Shown: positions 22,736 to 36,211 of the stretch, in pieces
Position numbering within the stretch: the stretch's first letter is position 1
Layout of the letters: each line of letters begins with the position of its first letter
Assembly: GCA_950097015.1 (NCBI GenBank)
Contig: CATNEN010000001.1
Span: forward strand, 17,360,001 to 17,424,000
DNA length: 64,000 nt
Source of the DNA: Macrostomum hystrix
Taxonomy: Eukaryota; Animalia; Platyhelminthes
Direction: 5' to 3'
Translations under genes and position numbers: made by a program
Notes under the pieces: generated by a model
What the model was told of the DNA's origin: nothing
Seen by the model: the letters and a program-made list of their open reading frames with translations, nothing else
Databases searched by the model: none

Positions 22736-25147
22736 GACCTGACCCATCCACCAGTGAGAACACACATTGACTCATCTAAAATCATTCGAGACCTGACCCA
22801 TCCACCAGTGAGAACACACCTTGACTCATCTAAAATCATCAACTGACCCATCCACCAGTGAGAACACACCTTGACTCATCTAAAATCATTCGAGACCTGA
22901 CCCATCCACCAGTGAGAACACACACTGACTCATCTAAAATCATCAACTGACCCATCCACCAGTGAGAACACACATTGACTCATCTAAAATCATTCGAGAC
23001 CTGACCCATCCACCAGTGAGAACACACATTGACTCATCTAAAATCATTCGAGACCTGACCCATCCACCAGTGAGAACACACATTGACTCATCTAAAATCA
23101 TTCGAGACCTGACCCATCCACCAGTGAGAACACACCTTGACTCATCTAAAATCATTCGAGACCTGACCCATCCACCAGTGAGAACACACATTGACTCATC
23201 TAAAATCATTCGAGACCTGACCCATCCACCAGTGAGAACACACATTGACTCATCTAAAATCATTCGAGACCTGACCCATCCACCAGTGAGAACACACATT
23301 GACTCATCTAAAATCATCAACTGACCCATCCACCAGTGAGAACACACCTTGACTCATCTAAAATTAATTCGAGACCTGACCCATCCACCAGTGAGAACAC
23401 ACCTTGACTCATCTAGAATCATTCGAGACCTGACCCATCCACCAGTGAGAACACACCTTGACTCACCTAAAATCATCAACTGACCCATCCACCAGTGAGA
23501 ACACACCTTGACTCATCTAAAATTAATTCGAGACCTGACCCATCCACCAGTGAGAACACACTTTGACTCATCTAAAATTAATTCGAGACCTGACCCATCC
23601 ACCAGTGAGAACACACCTTGACTCATCTAAAATCATTCGAGACCTGACCCATCCACCAGTGAGAACACACATTGACTCATCTAGAATCATTCGAGACCTG
23701 ACCCATCCACCAGTGAGAACACACATTGACTCATCTAAAATCATTCGAGACCTGACCCATCCACCAGTGAGAACACACATTGACTCATCTAGAATCATTC
23801 GAGACCTGACCCATCCACCAGTGAGAACACACATTGACTCATCTAAAATCATTCGAGACCTGACCCATCCAGCAGTGAGAACACACATTGACTCATCTAG
23901 AATCATTCGAGACCTGACCCATCCACCAGTGAGAACACACATTGACTCATCTAAAATCATTCGAGACCTGACCCATCCACCAGTGAGAACACACCTTGAC
24001 TCATCTAAAATCATTCGAGACCTGACCCATCCACCAGTGAGAACACACATTGACTCATCTAGAATCATTCGAGACCTGACCCATCCACCAGTGAGAACAC
24101 ACATTGACTCATCTAAAATCATTCGAGACCTGACCCATCCACCAGTGAGAACACACATTGACTCATCTAAAATCATTCGAGACCTGACCCATCCACCAGT
24201 GAGAACACACCTTGACTCATCTAAAATCATTCGAGACCTGACCCATCCACCAGTGAGAACACACATTGACTCATCTAAAATCATTCGAGACCTGACCCAT
24301 CCACCAGTGAGAACACACATTGACTCATCTAAAATCATTCGAGACCTGACCCATCCACCAGTGAGAACACACCTTGACTCATCTAAAATCATTCGAGACC
24401 TGACCCATCCACCAGTGAGAACACACATTGACTCATCTAAAATCATCAACTGACCCATCCACCAGTGAGAACACACATTGACTCATCTAAAATCATTCGA
24501 GACCTGACCCATCCACCAGTGAGAACACACATTGACTCATCTAAAATCATTCGAGACCTGACCCATCCACCAGTGAGAACACACATTGACTCACCTAAAA
24601 TCATTCGAGACCTGACCCATCCACCAGTGAGAACACACCTTGACTCATCTAAAATCATTCGAGACCTGACCCATCCACCAGTGAGAACACACATTGACTC
24701 ACCTAAAATCATTCGAGACCTGACCCATCCACCAGTGAGAACACACATTGACTCATCTAAAATCATTCGAGACCTGACCCATCCACCAGTGAGAACACAC
24801 ATTGACTCATCTAAAATCATTCGAGACCTGACCCATCCACCAGTGAGAACACACATTGACTCATCTAAAATCATTCGAGACCTGACCCATTCACCAGTGA
24901 GAACACACATTGACTCATCTAAAATCATTCGAGACCTGACCCATTCACCAGTGAGAACACACCTTGACTCATCTAAAATCATTCGAGACCTGACCCATCC
25001 ACCAGTGAGAACACACATTGACTCATCTAAAATCATTCGAGACCTGACCCATCCACCAGTGAGCACACACATTGACTCATCTAAAATCATTCGAGACCTG
25101 ACCCATCCACCAGTGAGCACACACATTGACTCACCTAAAATCATTCG
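22733..25147. repeat. 54-bp satellite, about 45 copies (occasional shorter variant)
   Basis: Unit gagacctgacccatccaccagtgagaacacacattgactcatctaaaatcattc. Confidence 0.95.
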
Positions 25148-25273
25148 TTAAACAAAGGCACAACGAAAAAAGAAAAGAGTGAAAGAAAATAATCTAATTT
25201 ACAGCGAAGAAAACTGTCTAGACAAACCAAACCCGAATACAAGTGAAAAATGCATCTACAATGGCCAGAAGCT

Positions 25274-28200
25274 CTAAAGCTCATCTTTGCCAGCAGCAGC
25301 AGCAGCAGCAGCAGCCTGTTTGTCGAGTTGGTCAGTGAGGAACTGGCCGTACACCAGCCTGGGATCGGAGTCCAGGTGTTTGTGAAATGACACGGGCAGC
25401 TGAGCGGCCAGCAGTTGTGGGGCGTAATCAGAGCTCCGAGCCTGGTGCAGCAGGTGCGAGTGCAGCAGCGGCAGGCCTAGCGACCGCAGCCAGACGCCCA
25501 GGCTCATGTCGTCAGGCGACTCGGCCGAGCCGCAGCGGGTGACGCTTGTCGCGGCTGTCAGTTGGCGAAGGGCGGCCGCATTGAGCGCGAAGCCGCTGCC
25601 GCCAGTGGGATAGGCGTAGCCGCGAAGTCCGTCAGCGCTCAGGTAGCCGTACTTTTCACCTAAGATCAGCGGCTGCCGACCTGACTGGTGGCAGGCGAGG
25701 AGGCTGGCGAGGCGCGGCACGGACAGCAGCGTGTCGTCGTCGCAGATGACGAACCAGTCGAAGGCAGCCGGGCCGGTGGACTCGGAGCTGCTGGATTCAG
25801 GCGCACCATCGGGATAGGGATAACGAGCGCACTGACTGATTCTAGGGATTGAAATCCCACTAGGGAGTAACATTAGGGATCAAAGGGTTGTTCATCCCCA
25901 GTGACATGAAGGAATCCGTATCGCCAGTAGGATAATTATCCCAAATAGTATCAAGCATTAAATAGCATTAATATCCCTAAAAGTATCATGCCCACAATAT
26001 TAATAATAGGATCAAATTGGGGATTAATATCCCCGATAGGAACCATTCATAATTTACAAATGGCTTTCACTGAATTTGAGTTCTAGACTTACTTCTTCTC
26101 GCCGTCAGCGGCAGCTGGGGAGTCAAGCTGAGCAGCCAGAAGGTGCAAGATGCGGTTGAGCTTGTCGCAATGGCCCCGCTCGGTGTTGGGCACTCCGCAG
26201 GCCACCGTTGGGATTTCGGCATCCTCAACATCCGCGTAGTAGCGAATGTGAGACGCCAGTGGCGCCCAGGTGTCTTTCACCACCTGCAGCACCGTGTCAA
26301 AGTTGGCTTTGTGGGTCTTCACTGCGAACTGCGTGCGGGACAGCACGGCTGCCACCGAGGCGCTGGTTGGAGCCTGCAGCCAGGGAGGAAGCGCATTTTG
26401 GCTGGATTTGAACCACGATTCACAGAGCCTGTATAAGAACTTCTTAGTTTCTATGGAAACCAACTGGATCGCCACAACCTTCAAAGTTACATAGAAACCT
26501 ATTGAATGCTTTGCTCCGATGTTGCTAAGAAACCCGTTGAACTATTATAACACCCGAGTTTCTTACAAACCCGTTGAACTATTAGAACACCCGAGTTTCT
26601 TACAAACCCGTTGAACTATTAGAACACCCAAGTTCCTATGAAACCTTTAAGAAGCCATGAGAATATCTGAGTTGTTTAGAGAAACGTATTAAGAAACCGT
26701 TAGAAGATCTGAGTTTCTAAGAAACCTATTGAACTGATTAGAAAATCCGACTTTCTTAGAAACCATTTGAACAGTTACAACACCCGAGTTCCTATGAAAC
26801 TACCTTAGTAATTTTGAAGCCAAGTGAATATCTGACTTTTTAAGAAAACCGTTGACCCATTAGAACATCTGAGTATTTTAGAGAAACCTATTAAGAAACC
26901 GTTAGAAGATCTAAGTTTCTAAGAAACCTATTGAACCGATTAGAGAATCCGAGCTTCTTAGAAACCCATTGAACTATTAGAACATATAGTTTCTTAGAAA
27001 CCCATTGAACCATTAGAACATCCGACTTTCTTAGAAACCCGTTAAACTATTAGACCACCCGAGTTTTTGAAACCCGTTAAACCATTAGAACATTTGAGTT
27101 TTTAGAAACCCGTTGAACTACTAGAACAGATAGTTTCTTAGAAACCCGTTGAACTATTAGACCACCCGAGTTTTTGAAACCCGTTAAACCATTAGAACAT
27201 TTGAGTTTTTAGAAACCCGTTGAACTACTAGAACAGATAGTTTCTTAGAAACCCGTTGAACTATTAGAACTCCCGAGTTTTTGAAACATGTTAAACCATC
27301 AGATCATCCGAGTTTTTAGAACCCTTTGAACCATTAGAACATCCGAGTTTTTAGAAACGAACCATTAGAACATCTAAGTTTCTTAGAAACCCGTTGAACC
27401 ATTAGAACACCCGACTTTCTTAGAAAACCGTTGAACCATTAGAACACCCGAGTTCCTATGAAACCTATTAGGAAGCCATAAGAGTTTTTAAGAAAACAGT
27501 TGACGCATTAGAATATCTTTAGAGGAAACTTTACAGCTTTAGAGTTTTCTAGAGAAACCTTTACATCTTTTTTTGAGTTTTTTAGAGAAACTAATAAGGA
27601 TATCGTTAGAAGATCTGAGTTTCTAAGAAACTTATTGAACCATTAGAGAATCCGAGCTTCTTAGAAACCCGTTGAACCATTAGAACATCCGAGTTTCTTA
27701 GAAACCCTTTGAACCATTAGAGAATCCGAGCTTCTTAGAAACCCGTTGAACCATTAGAACATCCGAGTTTCTTAGAAACCCTTTGAACCATTAGAGAATC
27801 CGAGCTTCTTAGAAACCCGTTGAACCATTAGAACATCCGAGTTTCTTAGAAACCTGTTGAACAATTATAACACCCGAGTTTCTTAGAAACCCATTGAACT
27901 ATTGGAACACCGAAGTTTCTTAGAAACACGTTGTATTTTTTGTTTGTTCGATTTTGTTATGAACATACTGAAACATTTAATCGACCCAGTTTCTTAGAAA
28001 CCCACAGTACGCTAATACGCCCGTAGTTTCTAAGAAACAAAAACCCCTGAGACATTTCGAGTTGCTTAGAAGCCTACTGAACGATTATATCATCCAAGTT
28101 TCTTAGAAACCTGTTTTGAAATTATATCATCCGAATTAAAAAAACCGTTCGATTATCTGAATTTCTTATAAAATTGTTGGGCGAATTGGTTTTCTTAGAA

Positions 28201-31200
28201 TCCGGCTCACTGAACTCAGTGTGAGTAGCGCTTACACACTGCGGCAGCCTGAATGTCTCCGTGGCCCAGCTAACGCAGCTGTCGGTGATGTTCACAGCGC
28301 GAGGACACATGCCAGGCAGGGCTGTCAAGTTTGCCAGCTGCAGTTCCACTGTGATCAGAGATGCCAGCTGCAAGGGCCAACGTTTTAGAATACTTCGATA
28401 ACTCCAGAATGCAGCATTCTTAACTAAGCAACAGGAGAGCTCTGATTGGCTGGCTCACCTCGTAAGATGGATCGATGCGGAACTCGTACTCTTCCATTTT
28501 GGCCTTGTGCGCGTGAAAGTGAGCGGTGAGGCTGCAACGACAGGTGGGTTGAAGACGACTCTGCGATACTGAGGACCGGCTAAATTGTTGATACCCTAGA
28601 ATCTTAGATCCTTTAATATTCGAATCATATATCCTTTAAAAATGAATACCAGACAGTAAAATACTGAAATCCAAGGACGTTCAGAGCCCCACATCCTGGA
28701 ATCCCTTTTCCTTAAACCCTATAATCCCAAATCCTCAAATCCTGGAATCCTAGATTATGAAGTCCTGGACTTCTAGATCACTAAATTCTGTATTTCTAAG
28801 CCCTGAACCCTGGATTCGTATCCCTATTCTAACTAAGCTTCTCACCTGGCAACAAGCGTTTTGCTGATCGCGAATCCGCAATAGATAAACGGATACAGAT
28901 GCCGGGACTGGCTAAAGTGGTGCACAATATACAAACCTTCGTCCTGCAACGGACTGCCCAGGAACAATGGCTGAAATGCAACGGTTTATCAAATCAGTGG
29001 GCATTGATTATGCGATTGATAAACTACAAACTGCTCTGACTCACCTCACTGGCATTGTACTCAGACAGAATGATTAACAATTTCGACAGTTGCATTCTTG
29101 TCTCCTCGTGACAGAAGAAGACAAAATCGGCTTTGGATAAGCTTGTGTGATTTCTGCAGTTGGAAGGTTGTGGAACAACTGTTTTACTGCTTCTCTTAGC
29201 AATTAACTATGTTATAAAAACGGCCCATTTTAGGGCGCGTTTACAGAGCCTTCAGACAAGCACAACCAACATAAATAGCATTACCTGACTAGAATTGGAA
29301 GATAATAAAATGTTTCAACGTCTTTGTCAACCAACTCCTCTGCCAGAACAATGGATATCTGCAAAATAATGGTTATCAGACTTGGGGATATTGGTATCAC
29401 AGGATTAGGGATGTGAGGACCAAAGAAACCCACCTGGCTGTCATCTGCAGCCATCGGCAACATTCGCCGCTGATCCTCGATGTGTTTGCGCAACAGTTCG
29501 CAGCGCTCTCTATGATAGGCGGACTGCGGGCTCTGGCACATCAGCACGAACAGAACATGCGGCCTGCCAGATGAACCTGCTTCCGAGGCAGCCGCCCCGC
29601 TTGACTCGACCGGTTCTGCAGCGATATGATGAGCCTATGAAATACAATGTCCTCCTGTCCTGTCCGTGCTAATTTACAAACCTATTCACCAGGCTGTCAG
29701 CCACACCACAAACCAATTCACCAGCCCGTCACCCACACCACAAACCCATTCACCAGCCTGTCACCCACACCACAAACCCATTCACCAGCCTGTCTCCCAC
29801 ACCACAAACCCATTCACCAGCCTGTCACCCACACCACAAACCCATTCACCAGCCTGTCACCCACACCACAAACCAATTCATCAGGCTGTCACCCACACCA
29901 CAAACCCATTCATCAGGCTGTCACCCACACCACAAACCCATTCACCAGCCTGTCACCCACACCACAAACCCATTCACAAGCCTGTCAACCAAACAACAAA
30001 CCCATTCACCAGCCCGTCACCCAAACAACAAACCCATTCACCAGCCTGTCACCCACACAACAAAACCATTCACCAGCCTGTCTCCCACACCACAAACCCA
30101 TTCACCAGCCTGTCTCCCACACCACAAACCCATTCACCAGCCTGTCACCCAAACCACAAACCCATTCACCAGCCTGTCACCCACACCACAAACCCATTCA
30201 CCAGCCTGTCAACCACACCACAAACCCATTCACCAGCCTGTCTCCCACACCACAAACCCATTCACCAGCCTGTCTCCCACACCACAAACCCATTCACCAG
30301 CCTGTCACCCACAACACAAACCCATTCACCAGCCTGTCACCCACACCACAAACCCATTCATCAGGCTGTCACCCACACCACAAACCCATTCATCAGGCTG
30401 TCACCCACACCACAAACCCATTCACCAGCCTGTCACCCACACCACAAACCCATTCACAAGCCTGTCAACCAAACAACAAACCCATTCACCAGCCCGTCAC
30501 CCAAACAACAAACCCATTCACCAGCCTGTCACCCACACAACAAACCCATTCACCAGCCTGTCTCCCACACCACAAACCCATTCACCAGCCTGTCTCCCAC
30601 ACCACAAACCCATTCACCAGCCTGTCACCCACACCACAAACCCATTCACCAGCCTGTCACCCACACCACAAACCCATTCATCAGGCTGTCACCCACATCA
30701 CAAACCCATTCATCAGGCTGTCACCCACACCACAAACCCATTCACCAGCCTGTTACCCAAACAACAAACCCATTCACCAGCCTGTCACCCACACCACAAA
30801 CCCATTCACCAGCCTGTCACCCACACCACAAACCCATTCACCAGCCTATCACCCACACAACAAACCCATTCACCACGCTGTCACCCACATCACGAACCCA
30901 TTCACCAGGCTGTCACCCACACCACAAACCCATTCACCAGGCTGTCACCCACATCACACACCAATTTACCAGGATGTCACCCAAACAACAAACCCATTCA
31001 CCAACATGTCACCCACATCACAAACCCATTCACCATGTCACCCACATCACGAACCCATTCACCACGCTGTCACCCACATCACGAACCCATTCACCAGGCT
31101 GTCACCCACATCACGAACCTAGGAAAATGTTCGAGATCTCGTCTAACCTCTAAAACCCAGCCAAAGAGATTTAAGCGAGTCGAACTCACCAGCAGAGATA

Positions 31201-31283
31201 GGCTGTACAACAACAATAAGCAAGGCTGCTACCAGACCAAACATGTCTAGCCACAAAACTCCTTGCTGCTTGCTGATAATCAT
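25274..31283 (-). CDS. B3GLCT: Beta-1,3-glucosyltransferase (Fringe/GT31-like), 9 exons, C-terminal KDEL
   Basis: Predicted minus-strand exons: 31283 (or 31244)-31190, 29615-29434, 29358-29285, 29153-29045, 28970-28846, 28531-28459, 28367-28236, 26373-26093, 25841-25274. Motifs FVFFCHEETR, LFLGSPLQDE..IVHHF, FRIDPSYE, FAVKTHK..VKDTW, GVPNTERGHC, WFVICDDDT (DxD), LGEKYGY, TGGSG, PDDMSLG, SFHKH; N-terminal hydrophobic anchor. Confidence 0.88.
26445..28205. repeat. Degenerate satellite of about 37 bp filling a B3GLCT intron
   Basis: Unit approximately ccgagtttcttagaaacccgttgaaccattagaacat, with the internal palindrome gtttct-t-agaaac. Confidence 0.9.
29680..31120. repeat. 32-bp satellite, about 45 copies, filling B3GLCT intron 1
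   Basis: Unit cacaccacaaacccattcaccagcctgtcacc. Confidence 0.95.
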
Positions 31284-31520
31284 TTTACAGACAGGTGTAG
31301 CTGAAATGATTGAGTAATTAAGTCGATAAAACACTATTTTCCTAGACACATCTTTAAAAAACGCGATAAACAAAATGTTGCTTTCAATCTCATGATTTAT
31401 TAAAGTAAAGTCTCGCCATTTCATTTTAGTTGACATTAGAATTTAGTAGACAGCGACAAAAACAGGGCATCAGAAAATACTTGATAAGCAATTAATCGGC
31501 ACTATAGAGAGTCCAATATG

Positions 31521-33334
31521 TCAATCCTCAGCAGCTGCCTCATCGCCCAGATCTAAATCGTCCAGACTCTGAAACAGCGACTCGTCAACTTCAACAGTCT
31601 CTCCGCCTTCCTCCTGTAGAATCTGCAGGTCGGACAGATCGAATCGATTGTCAGCCAGGAACAACTCTTTGCCAGTTGGCTTTCTGGATGCGCTACTAGA
31701 GGAGGCCGACACTCCGCCTGTTTTGGCTTTAATAGCGGCCATTTCCGCTTCAAAGCGTTTCCGCCATTCGCCGAATGTTTCAGGTGTAACCGGAGTGCCA
31801 ATCACCTTGCGGCGTTCCTCCTCTTCCAGCTGGCGACGGCGCTGCTGTTCGGCCTGGCGGCGAGTCTCTTCTAGGCGCTCCGCCACGTCCTGATGGGGAT
31901 CGGGAAGCATTTTAGGCTGGGATCTTTAGAGGCTAACAGGGCGGCCTGACTAAACGCTTAGGTATTTATGGATGGCGATACCTAAAACAAAATGACAATA
32001 CCAAAAAAATTGCGATAACTAAAAACTGAGTGGCGATACCTAATACAGAATCGCGATTCCTAATAAAGAATGGCGATACCTAATAAAGAATGGCGATACC
32101 AAATACAGAATGGCGATACCTAATTAAGAATGGCGATACCTAATACAGAACGGCGATTCCTAATACAGAATGACGATACCAAAGAAAAAATGGCGATAAC
32201 TAAAAACTGAGTGGCATACCTAATACAGAATGGCGATACCTAATTTACAGAATGGCGATACCTAATTTACAGAATGGCGATACCTAATAAAGAATGGCGA
32301 TACCTAATACAGAATGGCGATACCAAATACAGAATGGCGATACCTAATAAAGAATGGTGATACCTAATAAAGAATGGCGATACCTAATAAAGAATGGCGA
32401 TACCTAATAAAGAATGGCGATACCTAATTAAGAATGGGGATACCTAATACAGAATGGCGATACCTAATACAGAATGGCGATACTTAATAAAGAATGGCGA
32501 TACCTAATAAAGAATGGCGATACCTAATAAAGAATGGCGATACCTAATACAGAATGGCGATATCTAATACAGAATGGCGATACCTAATAATGAATGGCGA
32601 TACCTAATACAGAATGGCGATACCTAATTAAGAATGGCGATGCCGATTAAAGAATGGCGATACCAAATAAAGAATGCCGATACCGAATAAAGAATGGCGA
32701 TACTGAATAAAGAATGGCGATACCGAATAAAGAATGGCGATACCGAATATAGAATAGCGATCCCTAAAAACAGAGTGGCGATACCGAATACAGAATGGCA
32801 GTAACAAATACAGAATGGCGATACCCAACATCGATACCTTCATTAGAATGGCAAGATGCATTTTAGAAGTTAATCGAATGTAGTGACATTTCTTGATAGG
32901 AGATAGAAATAGCAAATAAGTGGCAAGTTATCAGCACAGACCTGCAGAGCCTCTTGTACAGCGCTGACAACGGAGAAGATCATAACGCAGCCGAGGCTCT
33001 CCTGACAAGTGGCCTCCATCAACTGTCCCAAAGATTCCAAATCTTTATCAGTGAGGTTTTGAGAATCCAGCACGGCAAAGCTAGGCGCCTCATTCGGATA
33101 TCCCGGAGTGTATTCAAAGTGCAGACAGCAGGCGGCCGTCTCCATGGCTCCACCGGGACCTGTGGGCACTTCACGAGAACGAATATCGATTTCAAACGAA
33201 GCTAAACTGGTCGGCTTGCCCGAGGCGCCAACTGTTACGTCATCATCGGCTAGTAGACGAAAATCGTCGGCATAGATGGACTCCAGAGCTTCTAATTCGG
33301 ATGCTCGCTCCTCAGCTAGCGCTGAACTGTCCAT
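31521..33334 (-). CDS. RWDD1: RWD domain-containing protein 1 (Gir2/DFRP2 family), 2 exons
   Basis: Exons 33334-32942 and 31889-31521 (phase 0). ELEALESIY...YTPGYPNEAP...LGCVMIFSVVS forms the RWD domain, followed by a coiled coil, GTPVTPETFGEWRKRF, PTGKELF and the acidic VDESLF tail. Confidence 0.9.
31970..32830. repeat. 20-bp minisatellite filling the RWDD1 intron
   Basis: Unit agaatggcgatacctaata(c/a). Confidence 0.95.
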
Positions 33335-34890
33335 GCTTTCAAACACTGTTAATTAGCTAGCCTTGAGACTAATCTTGTAGCTACCTGCAATTGGTGATAG
33401 ACTAGCAGACTTTACACTCTTATTTTATAACCACATAAATAATGATAGATTCTATAATATTATGGTTAGTTTCTGGTCTCTATATGGTCTCAAAGGTGAA
33501 CTATAAAGCTTGTAGCTCTACAAAGTCTATCTTAAGGTAAGGTACTTTCTGATCTTCTTTACTTGCATATTGCTAGGTTAACCCACTTTGTTTTAGCTTT
33601 TTAATTGTTGTCAATAACTTTTAAAACTAGCAATAACCACATATGATAACTTCAATTAATTATATATATACACTATAGTAACTCAATATTACAAAATATA
33701 AATTCAGTTTAACTATACTGAGGCACCTATATTGCTATTTGGTATCAGGTAGGTACTTAGGTATAAGTGATGCATGTTTACATTTTTCCTGGTGAATTTA
33801 GCATAGTAGGTAAAGGATTACTTTAAGTAGACTTCCACTACATACATAGCATGATATGACTATAACATGATCCTAACCTTAAATATGAGTATTTTTTATT
33901 AGTAACGAGAACAAAATTTTCCTATTTTATCCCTGCTATAACAAATTTATTCATACCATGTATCACATTGCTATTATTAGGCATATGCAATTATTAAAAG
34001 GGGTATAAATGATTAACATGAGTTATCTACTATAACTAGAAAAAAATTCTATCTAGTACCACTAGGTGAAAAAAATGATGGCACGGCATATGGCAAAAGG
34101 CAACCAGTGTCTCCCTTAGAAAGTAACCAACATAGGCCCTACCCATTTTAGATGCAAAATAATATTCCCTTTTAGAAGATAACATTCAAATTAAGTAGTC
34201 AATTAATACCTCTAGCAATCAACCAATATCTATACATACCAGCTATGCTAGCAGGCTACACAATAAATGCACCTAGTAGTCTATAAATAAATATTCCCTA
34301 GCAATCCTAGAAAAAATTACTAAAAAATTTTTGTCTAAGCAGGAAAAATAGCTTTTGACATAAAAATTTATCTAAACTTTGGTTTAGGCTTTGCTAACTT
34401 TTCATTTCAGTATATATACCAAGACTATGTACTTAAAAATTGGGGTATCAGGCCAATTAGTATTAAAAACATAAACCATAATGTCCTCTGTTAGCAACAT
34501 TCCTTAAACACTAATGGCAACGCCCACAATCAACAGAAAAACTAACCCCAAAAAACTAATGTGCCATTTTGCAGATAACCAATGTATCCCATTCCCAACA
34601 GGCGATGCAACTAATTTCTTTGCCTCCATTTTCTGTGCCACTGCTTGGCTAAGGTCTAGTGGTTTGCTTTTTTATTTTTTCTTTGAACATAGCCATGATT
34701 GCTGAATAATAATCAAGGCTTTTACACAGAATTAAACAAATTTTGAGGCTAGGCATTTAGTATATAATGATAAGCTAAGTACTTTAAATCTAGAAAAACA
34801 AGAGATACTAGAGACTAATGTAATTATAATATTATAAAATGATAAAATAATTAAGGTGATAATAGGCCTAGCTTATTTTAAACCACGACT

Positions 34891-36211
34891 GGGTCATTCT
34901 CAAATTAATGCTCGGAAATAGTGTGTTGTAAAAAAAGTTTTTGACAATTGCAAAAAACTTTATTTATTCTAATCTGTGTCTCTAGTAGAGTGCAAAATAG
35001 AAACCAGAACCACAAAATAACATTAATATGGACCAGCATTTACATTTGTTTATTGCCTTCAAAAACACCGTAAATTATTTTGCTTTCTGACGTACATTTT
35101 GCTATTAGATAAGGTCATACAAAAAGTGCATATTTTTTTTTAGTTTTCGTATATTAAACATAGTTGTCTTATTTTAGAAAAATCTTTTATTATTGTTTTT
35201 TGTTATATCTAATAAAATTAACATAGTTAATGTAAATTTTTTCTGAAAAAATTCAAAATTTTCCAAGGTCCAGAAGCTTCGAACAATTTGAATGTATACA
35301 TATAGCACAATTTTTATTTAATTGGCCGTCAAGGAAATTCTTGTAATAAAATGAAGCAATGATGATATGAAATTCAGAGGTGCGTGTCTTGTCAATAAAA
35401 ATTCACATTTTTACACTATTTTGGCATTTCTTATGTCATGAAATCTCCTTTCCAGACACAAAAAATGTTACAATAAGCAAATTATGGTGTATCTTTCATT
35501 TTCTATAATAATTAGAAATATTCAAAACACGTAGATTTATTCCTTAGGAAGGTGGCATCATATCTGTAATATTTCCATGTATTAAGGTACCAGTATATGC
35601 GAGAAATCTTTTTTCTTGACAGTGTTGTTGTGCATAAGCATTCGAGTCGATTTTTATATTTTTTATGTTTGCTGTTTTTAAATACAATTAGTATATTGCT
35701 AATAATTACGCATTAATTCAGATACAGTATCGTGATATAAATATTTATAAGAGAATGCGAATTGCTTCTGTCTTTTTATTTTATTCGCTTTCAAAAATGG
35801 AGCTTCAATACCTCACAGAATTTATTTACCTTTTAGTTTTCAAATGAAATACTTCGAAAAAAGCTGAGTCACAGCACTTAGTGGCATAAATTTAATAGTC
35901 ATTTTAGCTTAGATTACTTTTAAATTCATTAGATGGGAGTAGTACTTAATATTTTATCATAATTAAGCTTGCAGTCGTGAACTTTTATGGCAAATGCGCA
36001 TGCGCGGAAAATTTAAAACTTCGCAAAAAATTTATTTGTGATTTTAAACAACGTAAGAATGCAGTAAAAACGCTATTTTTTCATTTTTTCAAATGTTTAG
36101 AAAACTTTCAAAAGTATTGAATCCTCGCAGCACACTTTAAAACGATAAAAATAGTGAAAAAAATATTTTTTTTGTTAATGCCTTCTCGGTACATAATTTT
36201 GAGAATGACCC
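34891..36211. mobile_element. Non-autonomous AT-rich DNA transposon (1321 bp) with TIRs and a 4-bp TSD (Sola2-like?)
   Basis: gggtcattctcaaa-tta.tg at 34891 and its inverse ending at 36211; GACT at 34887-34890 and 36212-36215; no ORF. Confidence 0.7.

Noticed and set aside
20468-25147. CRISPR-like appearance of the regular arrays
   Set aside because: The units are head-to-tail with no unique spacers, there are no cas genes, and the context is eukaryotic.
22618-25151. Long 18-aa-repeat ORFs on both strands (e.g. 23563-24453, 23568-24476)
   Set aside because: They are by-products of a 54-bp satellite that lacks stops in some frames. Shorter variant units break the frame, and there is no splice or start context.
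29647-31153. Two H/P/T-rich ORFs of about 490 aa
   Set aside because: They are translations of a 32-bp satellite lying antisense within B3GLCT intron 1 and are open in several frames.
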